Assembly: GCA_051294375.1 (NCBI GenBank)
Contig: CM119267.1
Span: 26,692,278 to 26,756,277 of the forward strand
DNA from: Paraspadella gotoi
Lineage: Eukaryota > Animalia > Chaetognatha
Length of the DNA stretch: 64,000 nt
Direction: 5' to 3'
The notes under the pieces were generated by a model. The model was not told where the DNA came from. It ran no database searches and worked only from the letters and a program-made list of their open reading frames with translations. Made by a program: the position numbers and the translations under genes. Of this stretch, positions 24,601 through 37,947 are shown piece after piece (position 1 is the first letter of the stretch; each line of letters opens with the position of its first letter).

Positions 24601-25653
24601 AACCATCAGCTGCTCGTCGATATTTTGAACGGCCCAGCAAGACCTTTTGTCCCAGAATCTTGGCGGAAAAAGATCTTCGACGCCATCCACAGCCTAGGGC
24701 ATCCTGGCGTCGCGAGAACCCGAGAGACAGTCGCCTCCAAATTTGTCTGGCCCTCTCTTAGAGCANNNNNNNNNNGATGGGCAAGGGAGTGTATCCCTTG
24801 CCAGCAGGCCAAAGTCACTCGACATGTCACTCCAAACATTGGCGACTTCCAAGTCCCAGCCAAACGTTTCCAGCACTTGAATGTCGACATAACAATCATG
24901 CCCGCATCTAATGGTTTCAGTTACTTGTTAACTATTGTTGACAGGTTCTCAAGATGGCCAGCAGCAATCCCAATGAAAGATATGACGTCCACATCGGTAG
25001 TCGATGCCCACGGCTGGGTAGACAACTTTGGAATCCCATCCGATATCACTACTGACCGCGGCGCACAGTTTGCCTCTGCCATATGGAACCAGCTCACACA
25101 GACATTGGGAGTTAGACAACACCAAACTGCGGCTTATCATCCGCAGTCTAATGGACTTGTAGAGCGATTCCACCGTCGCCTAAAGGAGGCATTAATCGCC
25201 CTTGGCAATCAAGAGCCTCACCAGTGGTTCTGGAAGCTGCCTTAACCACTTCTCGCCATTCGCACCACCATTAAGCCAGATATTGGCGCATCGCCTGCCG
25301 ACCTGGTCTTTGGCGAAGGCCCGGCAGTCCCAGGGGACCTTCTACCGCCTCCACTAGATGACAACAGCCTTCATGAGCAATGCCGCCAACTCCGCAATAA
25401 TCTCCGAGTGGAAGTCGAGCGGCTTCAGCCAACCGACACTTCCGCGCATCGAACACCACGAGTTTTTCTCCCAGAAACTCTCAACGCGACTCACGTATTT
25501 GTGCAACGCGCAGGGGTCAACCCTCCACTTACGGCACCGTACCACGGCCCGTACAGCGTCATTTTGCGTGACAACTTCAATTTTAAAGTAGAAATTCCAG
25601 GCCGCGGCACCGAGACAATTGCAATCTCGCGAATCAAACCCGCAACATTGTAG
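21613..25653 (+). pseudogene. Disrupted gag-pol polyprotein
   Basis: Gag with a CxxH...CxxxC knuckle (~22555-22610), protease WLVDGGA (~22758), RT YLDD (~23628), RNase H SDASD (~24050), integrase HHCC, DDE core and GPY motif (~25545). Many stops and frameshifts are visible in the ORF track. Confidence 0.93.
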
Positions 25654-26202
25654 AGACGAAAATGATGAAGAAACGCCATCTCAAACTCCTACTCCTCCAT
25701 CTCCACTTCCTCCAGGACGACACCAACGTTCAAGAACGCGTCAACCGGCGCCAATGTCTCGTCCGACATGGTCAACAGCTCGACTCCAACATCTAGAGCC
25801 AGCTCAAGCCCAAGACGACAACGAGAGCGATAGCAGGATGCCTCAGCAACTCTCAAACGCCTCGTCAACACCTTTGGAAATGGCACCACCGGATGAGGCG
25901 ACAACCACTCCCGGTCCCGAGGCACCCAACGCCTCAACACCAACAATTCCTCCGTCATCTTCGGAACTCCAGGTTGCACCACAGCGTCAACACCCAGCAC
26001 AGTTGCGCCAAAATCCGCGGCCAACACCAAAAGGCCTCGCCTACCGTTTGCAGGCTAATAATTCTCAACGCCCTGACTACGATGCAGTCCTAAGACACCT
26101 CTTACAAGAAAAACTATTTAAGCCCACTCGTGAAGTTTAGTAATAAGTAGATAAATTTATATTTTACCTATCTTTACTGTTCATCTTTCCTAAGCCTAAC
26201 TT

Positions 26203-26970
26203 TTTTAGTCGGATCTGCTTTCAGCAGATCCCGACTCTATAATTCACTTTGTCGGTCTGTCGGTCCGCCCCCTCAATATTGTCGGGCAGTCACTTGTCAG
26301 AACATCGAATTATGATAAATTATGCAAAAAAAACGATGTCCGTCCGTCTGTCTGTCCGTCCGTCCGTCCCACCTTAGCAAAAAACTCCAATTACTCGTGA
26401 TTGGATGGATGGATTGGAATGAAATTTTTGTGTGTGGGTAGGGAAGTGTGTGATTGAGCTGGATATGAAGTTTCGATGGAATCGTGCGAGTGGAAATGAG
26501 TTTAAATGGAAAAAACAAAAAAATATATTTCACTATTTGAACACCAATTACTCATGGGTGGATGGAGCGATTGACTTGAAATTTTGTATTTGGGTGGAAA
26601 AGTGTGTGATTAAACTGGAAATCAAGTTTCGATGGAATCGTTTGAGTGGAAAAGAGTTTAAATGGAAAAAACAAAGAACCTGTTTCACTAATTGATTATG
26701 CTTCTTTTTCTTTTTAATTTAAAGGTAAATGCAAGATGTAATAATTAATCAAATAATTGATTAGTTAATTAATCAATTAGTCAATTAATTAATCAATAAT
26801 TAATCAGTTAATTAATCAATCAAAACAAACATTTTGGATCAAATTAATTGCATAATTGCATAATTAATTAAATAATTAACTTGAATAAATTAATTATTAA
26901 TTTATTAATTAATTAATTAATTACCGATAATGATCGTGGGCAGATCCGACATTGTTTGCTCAAACTTGTT
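26203..26970 (+). mobile_element. HINE family 1, full copy inside the gypsy 3' region
   Basis: Both diagnostic termini are present, with the (GTCC)n tract and tandem units, in T-rich flanks. Confidence 0.88.
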
Positions 26971-27003
26971 TCCGTTAATTTTTGTATTTCCGTCTAGGGG
27001 GAA

Positions 27004-27455
27004 TGTGGGTTTGAACTCGGGTCATTCAAAACAAATGAACAATCTAACTCACAAGCAATCAGCTGATTTTAACTTATGGTTTCATCCACCCTTTGTGAAA
27101 ACCATTTCACAAAGTTTACTAAAAATTAACAGACTCTCTTCAAATCTCATCTCGTTATTAATTTACTAAGTATTCATTGTTATTGAGATTACTTATTGAT
27201 GTTATTAATTAATTAATTGATTTACTGTTTCACCATATAGATATTACAATTGCTTGTTGACAAGAGCAGCTGAATATCTATATGCTTTATTTTATTAAGG
27301 TACATTTTAATACCAAACCAAGCAAGATTGGTTTTTGGATTAACTTTTATACAAAGCAAAAATAAACTTTCATATCGCCACGAACGTCAGCGTCTACATC
27401 ACTTCCGGTCCCACGCCAATCCCTCCATTTCCAAGGCGACGACGACGTTTCCACA
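27004..27455 (+). repeat. 3' LTR of the Ty3/gypsy element
   Basis: Direct repeat of 21080-21543; preceded by PPT AGGGGGAA (26996-27003). Confidence 0.95.
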
Positions 27456-27911
27456 CGTGTTCCAGTTAAAAAGAATTCAGGGTTAAAGTTTAAAAACGTT
27501 TCATTTTCAAGGATACAAGTTGAAATTTAAAAATGTCTCTCTATTACATTTTTCTAATTCACTAATCAAAAATTCATAATAAATATCAGATGGATTGGCC
27601 TTTTCGTTTGACCTGCAACTCTTCAGATAGGTTTCTTTTATTTTATATTATAATTATAACCGAATGCATCAAATGTTTAAAGTGAATACATTTTTGGAAT
27701 CGCCAGGAGCTCAGCTTTTTTCAAGTTGATTTGAATGACCCTTTTTCTTAATGTATTCATATTGATTCCTGTTAAATAAATATGATTAAAGTTAAATTCT
27801 TTAAGAATCTAGCTGGATAGTGTATTTAGCTTTTTACAATAGTGTGCGACCATCCACTTTTATCTCCTTGATCTTCCTTGGTTTCATTCTCTGCCCTATT
27901 CTGATTCCAAG

Positions 27912-28056
27912 GTCACGTCGCGTGTTGGATCGCGTCTTGTCTGATGACTGCGACATTTCCTCTTCTTCCAGTGGTTGGCCGTTCTTCTGCCAACTTCGAT
28001 CTCGTCCTCGTCGCGGGCGTCATTGCTCTTCTTATTCTCGCTTACTGCGTTGGCCT
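27912..28056 (+). CDS. PIGN: PIGN internal exon
   Basis: ccaag acceptor and gtaagc donor. Translates GHVACWIASCLMTATFPLLPVVGRSSANFDLVLVAGVIALLILAYCVGL, containing the PIGN motif FPLxPVVGR. Phases 1 and 2 fit its neighbours. Confidence 0.9.
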
Positions 28057-28785
28057 GTAAGCCGCTTTTCAGTCCTTTTTATTTTTATCTTTTTTTATTG
28101 CTGTGGTTTTGCACATAAGTGGCGTCGTCGGCATTCCAAATTATAGATCGCCTTTTTTTAAATTAAATTTGGGTGTATGAAGCTGAAAATTTATATACAG
28201 CTTCTCATCATTGATCTACTTAAAATTGGGTCAGGACAGTTATTAAATATGTTTTGTTTACGTTTTATCAAAACAAACAAATATCCTATATTTTATTTTT
28301 ATGTCTCCTTCTCTCTCTCTTTTCTCTTTTATATGTAGCTATCTCTCTCTTTTTCCCAGTGCTGATTCATCGAAAAAAAAACAGCTGGCTCTGCAGGGGC
28401 TTTTTCTTTTTCTCTCTTTTCTCCTGCTGCTTCTGCTGCTGCCTTTTGATTTCTTTTTTTTTTTGTCTGGCTGCCTCTGCTGCTGCCGCTGCTGATTTGT
28501 CCGAAAACGATTTGGCTTCTCTCTCTCACTCTCTCATCGCATTCGTGCATGTTATCATTTTGCTATCGCAACATCGGGTTTTTATTTCATTTTTTTTATT
28601 CAAGGGCTGCGTCTGCTGATCAATGAAAAAGGGTTTTTTTTAGGTAACTGTAACATTATTTTTTTAATTGACACTCGCAAAATAGAATTTTTCTTTCTGT
28701 TTATAAATTAATTTTCTTTTCTCAAATTTTCTTATTTTTAGTATCAAAATTTGTCGTCAATCCAGATTTTTTTATGCGATTGCGA

Positions 28786-29534
28786 TTTTTAGTCGGATCT
28801 GCTTTCAGCAGATCCCGACTCTATAATTCACTTTGTCAGTCTGTCGGTCCGCCCCCTCAATATTGTCGGGCACTCACTTATATCATGTCAGAACATCGAA
28901 TTATGATAAATTATGCAAAAAAAACGATGTCCGTCCAATTACACCAATTACTCGTGATTGGATGGATGGATTGGAATGAAATTTTCTGTGTGGGTAGGGA
29001 AGTGTGTGATTGAGCTGTATATGAAGTTTCGATGGAATCGTCCGTGTGGAAATGAGTTTAAATGGAAAAAAAAATAAATTTCACTATTTGAACACCAATT
29101 ACTCATGAGTGGATGGGGCGATTGACTTGAAATTTTGTATTTGGGTAGAAAAGTGTGTGATTAAAGTGGAAATGAAGTTTCGATGGAATCGTTTGCCTGG
29201 AAATGAGTTTAAATGGAAAAAACAAAAAACTTGTTTCACTAATTGATTATGCTTCTTTTTCTTTTTATTTTAAATGTAAATGCAAGATGTATTAATTAAT
29301 CAAATAATTAATCAGTTAATTAATTAATTAGTCAATCAATAATTAATTAATCAGTCAATTAATCAATCAAAACAAACATTTCTGATCAAATTAATTAATT
29401 AAATAATTAACTTTATTAAATTAATTATTAATTAATTAATTAAATAATTAACTTGAATTAATTATTAATTAATTATTAATTACTTACCGATAATGATCGT
29501 GGACAGATCCGACATTGTTTGCTTAAACTTGTTT
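28786..29534 (+). mobile_element. HINE family 1, full copy
   Basis: Near-identical to 26203-26970; inserted at the 3' subTIR of a family 3 copy (~28110-28785). Confidence 0.88.
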
Positions 29535-29627
29535 ACATGTTACATTTATTTGTTCTGTATATTTTTTAAATTACCCACTCAACGCTTCCTAATTGTATTT
29601 TTGTTGTTTCACGTCATCATGTTCCAG

Positions 29628-29688
29628 ACCTCAACTACATCTTCTGGAGTTCTCTGCTAATCGGATTCACGGTCGACGCTCGCTACAG
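29628..29688 (+). CDS. PIGN: PIGN short internal exon (variable loop)
   Basis: gttccag acceptor and cag|gtggtg donor. The 61 nt translate (L)PQLHLLEFSANRIHGRRSLQ and exactly bridge phase 2 to phase 0. Sequence similarity is weak; the call rests mainly on phase. Confidence 0.7.
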
Positions 29689-29760
29689 GTGGTGTAAAGT
29701 TTACCCAGATCCGTAATTCCGTCTTCTTAATCGAGTCAATCAAACCTTCTCGCGCCGCAG

Positions 29761-29921
29761 GTGGCCCTGGTTTCTCTCTGCCAATTGGGGATGACGCTGG
29801 CGGCAGTGCTAGTTTCTCATGCGACGATGTCCCATGCTTTGGCCCGCGTTCCGATTCCCATAGCTACCCACCTCGTCTCTTGGTTCATACTTGCTTTGGC
29901 CACCTTCCTCCCAATTCTGGG
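29761..29921 (+). CDS. PIGN: PIGN internal exon
   Basis: ccgcag acceptor and gtaatc donor. Translates VALVSLCQLGMTLAAVLVSHATMSHALARVPIPIATHLVSWFILALATFLPILG, like PIGN 'LLQV...[23 protein letters not shown]'. Confidence 0.85.
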
Positions 29922-30187
29922 GTAATCATATTGGTTGAACGTCATACGTGTATTTATTTCCAAATCCACAATACTTTTTTTGGTTTTAATTAATTTTTAT
30001 TTTCAATATACATTATACAATGATGAAAAAGAAATTGTCGCGGTTATTTCCAGCTATTTTTCGGCATTTTAATGTGAGAATCGAAAAATAAAATTTACAT
30101 ATCATTGTTTTTTCCTTTCTGTTTCGTTGTGATTTGATTTAGAACAAAGTTTTGAAGAGAGATTTAACAACGATTTTTATTTCATAG

Positions 30188-30238
30188 TGAAACGGACATG
30201 TTTCGACTCGCATACGAGTCTTCTTCAGCGCCAATTCA
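30188..30238 (-). ncRNA. Minimal type I hammerhead ribozyme (Penelope pLTR type)
   Basis: GGCG-CUGAAGA-A-GACUCG-UAUG-CGAGUC-GAAA-CAUG-UC^CGUU: intact core, 6-bp stem II, palindromic minimal stem III, downstream AATAAA. Confidence 0.85.
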
Positions 30239-30471
30239 ATTTGTGAATTTATAAGAGAATTTCACATTTCTGAACTTTTATTTCACTTCACTAATTTATT
30301 ACAGTCGTTAATTGTTGATATTATTCATTACTAAAGTTTACCAAAATTTTTACTTTGTTGTACATTTCATAATGTATTATATATTTTCAAGCACTGTCTC
30401 TCTCTCTCTCCATTTCAATTTCTTTTCATAAACTATCTCTGTCCTCACCTTCACCTTGTTCCCTTAATAAT

Positions 30472-31843
30472 AAACAAGTTTGAGCAAACAATGTCAGATC
30501 TGCCCACGATCATTATGCGGTATAATTAATTAATAAATTAATACATCTTGCATTTACATTTAAATAAAAAGAAAAAGAAGCATAATCAATTAGTCAAACA
30601 GGTTCTTTGTTTTTTCCATTTAAACTCATTTCCACTCAAGGCGATTCCATCGAAACTTGATTTCCAGTTTAATCACACACTTTTCTACCCAAATACAAAA
30701 TTTCAAGTCAATCGCCCATCCACTCATGAGTAATTGGTGTTCAAATAGTGAAATATATTTTTTTTGTTTTTTCCATTTAAACTTATTTCCACTCGGACAA
30801 TTCCATCGAAACTTCATATCCAGCTCAATCATTCACTCTCCTACCCACACACAAAATTTCATTCCAATCCATCCATCCAATCATGAGTAATTGTGTGTTT
30901 TTTTGCTAAGGTGGGACGGACGGACGGACATCGTTTTTTTTTGCATAATTTATCATAATTCGATGTTCTGACATGATACATCACCGCATAAAAACGGCGG
31001 TATATTTTTTCTCAAGTCGAGTAAACAAAAGATTTCGGAATCTTCTTTACCGTTTTTTTAAATTTCAGATTTTTTTTAAATTTCTTTTTCCTTTTTCTCA
31101 CTTTTTTTTCCAACAAGTAATTCCTAATTACTATTGCATAAAAAGATTTTTATACAAAATATCGAGATTGGTTTTAATTTTATTAGACATTGCATTCTTA
31201 ATTTCAAATCATTTCAATGGTAAGCAAAGAGTTAGTAAGAATGAGGAGGATGAGGAGGATGAAGCAGATAAGTAGGATGAAAATCAGAGAGAGAGAGTGA
31301 GAGAGAGACAGTGAGAGAGAGAGAGAAAAGAAGAGGACTCTCAAAAATTTTCTTCAAAGCAAATGTCTTATAAGGTATAGTTGCGCCTGTAAAACCATTG
31401 TCAGCAGAATATTGGACTCCGGTATCAATAGAATCTAAATTTATGATAAAAAGACAGAATTTATCGAAAAGGAAAGTTAAAAACAACTAAATACGTTCAA
31501 GGATTTTCAAAAAGACTGTTCTCATTTCGTGCGGGCCATACCGTTAGACATTATCCATGAATTTCAGTAACCAGTTGAAAGGTCTTTTCATCCTCTTGAA
31601 TTCGGCCGTTGCGAACAAAAAAAATTTCAGAGGAAAATTAATAAAACGAAGAAAAGATGACTTGAAATGTCTCGAATTCCAACGCGGTTAAGACGTTAAA
31701 AACTATTTCCTTCCGGTTTTGACCCCGTTTTATGCGTGGATGATAATGAGTGAATGCCGACAGATTATGCAGGTGAGCGGACCGACGGACCGACAAAGTG
31801 AATTATAGAGTCGGGATCTGCTGAAAGCAGGTCCGACTAAAAA
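30472..31843 (-). mobile_element. HINE family 1 copy interrupted by unrelated sequence (~30980-31770)
   Basis: 3' terminus at 30472-30506, 5' hairpin at 31808-31843. Confidence 0.8.
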
Positions 31844-31942
31844 CTGAACACTATCCTTTCTCTCAAACTTTGTGTTGGAAACTTTGCTCTCTCTCTCTCT
31901 CTTTCTTTCTTTATGCACAAAATTCTCTTCAAATTTCCAAAT

Positions 31943-31993
31943 TGAATTGGCGCTGAAGAAGACTCGTATGTGAGTAAAAACATGTCCGTTTCA
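31943..31993 (+). ncRNA. Mutated copy of the same hammerhead
   Basis: CTGAAGAAGACTCGTATGTGAGTAAAAACATGTCCG, with CGAAA changed to AAAAA. Part of the inverted repeat 30141-30243 / 31938-32040. Confidence 0.75.
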
Positions 31994-34900
31994 CTATGAA
32001 ATAAAAATCGTTGTTAAATCTCTCTTCAAAACTTTGTTCTGAATTTACATATCGAAAAACTTTGGCCTCTTATGATTCATATGAGCTGTAACTTATTTAT
32101 GTACGACAAAAAATACAAGAGTTCCATGCAAAAGAAAATGAGTTGTCCAAAAAAATTCTTCTTTCTTTTTTATCTTTTCCATATTTACACTTTTCATTTA
32201 TATTAATTTCCGGTTCTTTTTTATTACTTTTTGAGTTAAACCGTTACTATTAAAAGTCCCTGCCTTTTCTCGGTCTTATGTCAAATGGTTATTGCTTCAT
32301 GTCCATTAGGATAGCAACGATCCATTTCCTGCGATAATAGATTCAGGGATGAATCTTAATTCATATATTAAAAAAAAACGATATTAAAAATACATTGATG
32401 CTGTAGATGCTCTAGAATATTTTTTTTATATTATAAAGTATCAATAAAAGTTATAAGGCTNNNNNNNNNNNNNNNNNNNNNNNNNGTAAACGCACGCCCA
32501 TTTCCGAGGAGCGCTGCGCTTCGACTGCGGCGCGAGCACGTGCATTACTCAGTGTCTCTCTGGCCTGATACCGCTGCCGACCTGCGGGCCCCTTCTCGCT
32601 CTGCCTCAAAATTTTTGAAAGCTCTATCATAATTCTTATATTTTCAACCTTTATAAACAGTCTACAACTTAATCTAATCCCCTCAACATGTATCATTTCA
32701 CATTTACTTCTTTCTTTCATTACTTCTTTTTGATGGCTATACGATGGACTTATAGAGGGATCGTCTCGAACTCACTCCAGCCGGCATAAACGTTCTCAAC
32801 TCTCATTGAGGTGGATTATCGGTGGTCGTGTTAATGGGAAAATCTGAATCCTCAAATAACGGGTCTAAGTTCCCCAGAGCAATGGTTCGAATGCACGGAA
32901 CCAGATCGAAGTAAGTTTTTTCAGAGCAAAAATTTCAGTCATTAAACGAGGAATTTTTTAAAAATAGCTTTTGCACTTCTTTTTGTTCAGAGTGAGGACA
33001 CCAAACTCCGAAGCAGTAGGCTACGAGATCGGTTTTCGAGTAAGTTTATTTTAGTATTATTCAGAAATTGAATACCATCAAACTTGTTCACTGTTTGTTC
33101 TTTTCATATTGCCTTTTTTGTTTGAAGGCGGAATTCGAGGCGCGCAATCAATCTGGGTCACTCTATCCGTCTCCAAGTCAAGTGCAGCATTATTTCCCTG
33201 CTTAGCCTTTTTTCTCTGCCACTTACGAACTCCCAATTACCCACCCAAAAGCCAAGAACGGCACAACCGAGTGAGTAGAGTAGAGTGACTCAATTAGGGA
33301 CGTATTTTGATAAATAGAGAATTGGAACTATCAAGAAGAAATTAGAGCCATGCCCGTAGCTCGCAATATCTTCCTTAGAGCGAAGCATCGGTTAATTCTT
33401 CCTACCTCGAAAGACTCGATGCGGGGCAGCACGCGGCAGCGTGGTTCCAGTATCTGGCGAGGCAAGCAGCACCGCGCGCTCGATATATCCTCGCCGTCTC
33501 AGCATGCTGGAGCCTGGTCGAAAGTATGTCGTCTCGGAATGGCCGCGGCTTGCTTGCTTGCTCCCAAAGACGTCACGCTTTTGGAAATCGAACGGTGGCG
33601 CCGGAGGGACTGCCAAGTTAAGGCCAGCCGTCGAGAGCGCCGGAGAGCTCACAGGTGCGTGCGTGAGCCTTGGATGGATATGGCGATAATATTTATCGTA
33701 TCGGACGTGGGTAAAAGCTAATATGTTAAAAAAAGTTTTGTCCGTGGAGAACAATAAAAAATTCAAAATCAATAATGATGATTTCTCCCTCTTCTTTTTT
33801 TCAGCCTCCCTAAATTCCGATCGCCAACTCATTTAGCACGGCCACCCTTCCCGTGCCACCTGATCTCCGCAATTCGTCTCGGATTCCACCGCGCTCGAGA
33901 TTTAGGGTGCCCAACGGTCTCTCCACTCAGCTCCAAACTTTCGGCGCATACGTGAGAAATGAAACAGCTTTGGGGAACAAGAAGAACGCGTGGGTGCCCA
34001 ATAGACACCATCTGTGAATTTGCCCAAGTTTTGTTTTCCCTGTGAGTTTAACCGAACCTCGTTTCATCTCAACATTATTTCCACCTTTTTCACGTTTCAC
34101 CAATTGTGATGCTGTGGCTTTCTCTCCCTCGGGGGTAAATATATTCTACATCCACTACTCCCAGAGAGTTCCGCTTTTCTCGATTGACTAGAGTATTACA
34201 CTCACCTTTACCCTCCACCATCCAATCTTTTCCAAACTTAATCATCACGCTTATGTGTCCCATCTGTCCATCTGTCCATTACATCCCCCATTTCTTTCCC
34301 CGCTTTCCCACTTAACCAAACCGCCCGCCATTCGCTTCATTAGCTCAACGCCTCTGAGGCGGATAGCCGCACTGTTTCTCTCAGAACGGTCAAATCCAGC
34401 CCGTCCATTCAATTTGCAATCGGGAAAGAAGGAAAGTTCTTTTCCACCGCAGACACTCTCTCTCTCTCTCTCTCTCGTCTCGTGCTTCATCTCTCTCTCT
34501 CTCTCCTCTCTCCTCATATTCCTCTCTCTCTCTCTCTCTCGTCACTCTCCTCTTCCTCCTCTCTCTCTCTCTCGTCTCTCTCTCTCTCTCACTCCCTGCC
34601 TTTTGGAAGTCTTCATACAGGAAAGCATAGCAGTGCCGATCCGTTATGCTTTTTTATGAGTCATTACCAATCGTTTTGCGAGAGCGGCAAAGAATTTAAA
34701 TTAGATAGATCAACTTTAAACTCTTATTAATTAGTCGGAAATGAAATAAAGTAAAGGTCTATTAATTCGCACTGACGTAAGAGCGGACCGCGTTCGCGTC
34801 TAATTCGAATCGTCGGAGCGTGCTCGACTCTGGTTGCATCTCTCTAGGTACCTTGACGCAAGATCATATCTCAGGCAAGTTCGTACTCTCTATGGCGATC

Positions 34901-36656
34901 TGCCTCACCTTTTAGCGTAACGTAATTTATAAGCGACGAGGAGGTGAGTCATAACGCCCGAGTTAAAACATTTTTCTTTTAATGTAATCGCCGCACAAAC
35001 TACAAAGTATAATCTGCTAAACCGATAGAGAAACGGACCAACAAATTTAGTTCTTTTAGGTTGCAGGCAAAATCAGGCAAACTTCTTGTCCTGTTTATAC
35101 CTAAGATCCTCTGCTCGCTATCTTTTATTATTCCGTTTCAAAAAAACAAAACAACACTTATTCGAAACATTTTCGTCTTACCTAAGAATCGGCAAGATAC
35201 CGCTTTCTCTTTTTTTTTGGGTTTAATTTTCCGAAAAAAACCAACAGAAATCCGAAAGATGAATATAATGTTCCCGAATCGGACTGACAAAGCCAGTAAA
35301 TCGATCGTAACGAATCGACAGACGATGACGACGAACGACGACCGCACGCGGTCAATTTGGCGAAAGCAGCAAACTAACAATCTGGTAGACGACCTGGCTC
35401 ATGAGAGGGAACCCCTAAACAGCGCGGAGGAGGACGGAAGATACTAAGGGTTCTCAAACGCCCCAGATCGCTCGCTGCGCACCTGCCGCCCTCAGACCCG
35501 CGTGGCCGTTGCGCGCATGGCTGCCGCGGCCCCAGCCCGGCCCTGGAGGCCGTCGCCGCGATAGCGACGAGGACAGCGGAAGGTAACGCAACGAACGACA
35601 GCAGCAAGCGTAGTGGCAACGAAACAGCAGCGTACAACGGCAACGGGACAACACGGCAACAACACGAAGTACGTCGAAACGCACTAGGTTTTATGGAAGG
35701 TAAGCGTCAAAAATAAAGTTAAGAAAAGGACAATGCTGTAATTTCTTTGAATATTTTCGTTACTTCCCCTCGATCCTCAGTAAAGTCCCCGACAGAAAAT
35801 CAGGAAGGAGGCGCCATCAGGACCAAAGAGGTTTCATACGGTCGGCGGCGTTAACGAGGAGGGGGCAGAGGCGGCCAACGCGCTAAAAGTTGGCGCAACC
35901 CGTCGATCGGAGAGACTGTCTGAGTATCACACAGGTATATAGGCGGAAAACGACGCGCAGGCGAGTTCGTCAGTCTTCCGGAGCGGCCGGTCGACGAGAG
36001 CGCAGAAAAAGGCCAGGGCTCGCGAGCACGCAGAGAAGGCCGATTCCACAAACACAAAGGACAGTTGGCGTATACCGTGCTGCGGGGCGCCCTCGTTCAT
36101 ACAAAAAATAAACCATACTCAGACAAGAGGAGCTGGTCATAGTGTCGGCATGACGACCAAGAAATGAGCGTTCCATGAAACTCTGGCCATATCCTCACAA
36201 AGAACCGCTCCGAGGAATAGAAAAGCAGCAACAACAACAACTGCAGGCAGTTGAAAAGTCGCAAAGGTGGCCGCTCTCCTCGTTCGCAAAAGTCGGAGCA
36301 ACACGCCTATAGCGAGAGAGCCACAATCCAAGTCAGTTGCCAAACCGAACCTGGATTGGCGAAGATTCGGAAAAAAAAGAAGGCGCTGAATAAGGTGTAA
36401 ACAACTGACGTAAATGAACCGATAAATTCACGAAGCAAGTTTTTCTATTATACTTTTTTTCAAAAATCCCAACCAGCTCTTAATCTGGAACCGGAAACAG
36501 AAAGTATTCCACAAAGATATCTCATAATATCTTCGTAGTATATTTATACTTGATATCGTATAGAGAATAAAATTCATAAGATTAAGCTTGTAAGAATTCT
36601 TTCACTTTTCTACTCGCAAAATAAAAAATGGATAATTTTAATATATAGTTTAGATG

Positions 36657-36837
36657 CAGTCTGCCTGCTATCTATAATTTCAAAAACACAGGAACCCAAA
36701 GACCAAGTTTTTTGCCAGCCCCAGATACAAGATGATAGAAATGCACTTACCTGAGCCCAGGAGGCCTATCTGGGTTGGCAAAAACCTGGGTTTTTTGGGT
36801 TTTTTTTGTTTTTTTTAAAATTATAGATAGCAGACTG
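36657..36837. mobile_element. MITE
   Basis: CAGTCTGC..TATCTATAATTT / AAATTATAGATAGCAGACTG; palindromic through to the centre. Confidence 0.75.
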
Positions 36838-37352
36838 TCATATTAATTCTTTTTAAGATAAAAATTTGTATTAATCCTTTCAGTTTCGTTGAGTTGAGAT
36901 TTAATCTTTCCTTTCATTACATCTATTTATTATTAGAAATTAATTGTTTTAAATTCACTATTAGTTTAAACTTATTTCCTGGTTGTACATTGCACAAAGT
37001 ATTATTTTTGTCTCCTCTGTTTCTCTCTCTGTCTCTCTCTCTTTCACCAATTGACCATTTCACTTCTTTTTCAACACTGCATCTGTCCTCAACTTAAACT
37101 GTACTCATTCTTTTAAACCACTATCTCTGTGTTGGAAACTTTTGCCCCTCTCTCTTCTTTCTTTCTCTCTTCTCTCTCTCTCTACTCTCTCTCTTCTGTC
37201 TTTTGCCAAAAATTTGTAATGATTTAGTTAACGCCTTGCAATGAAAGGCATCGAAAAGGATCGAAAACATGTCCGGTACAAAAAACTGAAAAGATGCTTG
37301 AACTTTATTTTAACGTTACTTTTGCTTTAAAAGCAATAAAAATTTAAACAAG

Positions 37353-37813
37353 NNNNNNNNNNNNNNNNNNNNNNNNNNNNNNNNNNNNNNNNNNNNNNNN
37401 NNNNNNNNNNNNNNNNNNNNNNNNNNNNNNNNNNNNNNNNNNNNNNNNNNNNNNNNNNNNNNNNNNNNNNNNNNNNNNNNNNNNNNNNNNNNNNNNNNNN
37501 NNNNNNNNNNNNNNNNNNNNNNNNNNNNNNNNNNNNNNNNNNNNNNNNNNNNNNNNNNNNNNNNNNNNNNNNNNNNNNNNNNNNNNNNNNNNNNNNNNNN
37601 NNNNNNNNNNNNNNNNNNNNNNNNNNNNNNNNNNNNNNNNNNNNNNNNNNNNNNNNNNNNNNNNNNNNNNNNNNNNNNNNNNNNNNNNNNNNNNNNNNNN
37701 NNNNNNNNNNNNNNNNNNNNNNNNNNNNNNNNNNNNNNNNNNNNNNNNNNNNNNNNNNNNNNNNNNNNNNNNNNNNNNNNNNNNNNNNNNNNNNNNNNNN
37801 NNNNNNNNNNNNN
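37353..37813. other. Assembly gap (other gaps: 24766-24775, 32461-32485, 40220-40244)
   Basis: Runs of N. Confidence 1.
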
Positions 37814-37947
37814 AAAATATTTATACTTTTTAAGTGATTACTGATAAAAATATTTAAAAATAGTAAAATTAATTGATATTTTTAAAATATTTAAATTTAG
37901 TATTTAATATTTTTAAAAATATTTAATAATAGTAAAATTAATTGATA

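Larger units (their letters stand above)
21080..27455 (+). mobile_element. Full-length decayed Ty3/gypsy LTR retrotransposon
   Basis: Direct LTRs TGTGG...CCACA, PBS, PPT and gag-PR-RT-RH-IN domain order. Flanks CGTA/CGTG form a 4-bp TSD with one mismatch. Confidence 0.95.

Noticed and set aside
25619-26140. 173-aa ORF after integrase as a possible env or extra gene
   Set aside because: P/T/Q-rich, with no signal peptide or TM segment; probably a frameshifted low-complexity integrase tail.
31350-31400. ANVL..YSCAC resembling a GIY-YIG N-terminus
   Set aside because: Needs a frameshift and no YIG motif follows.
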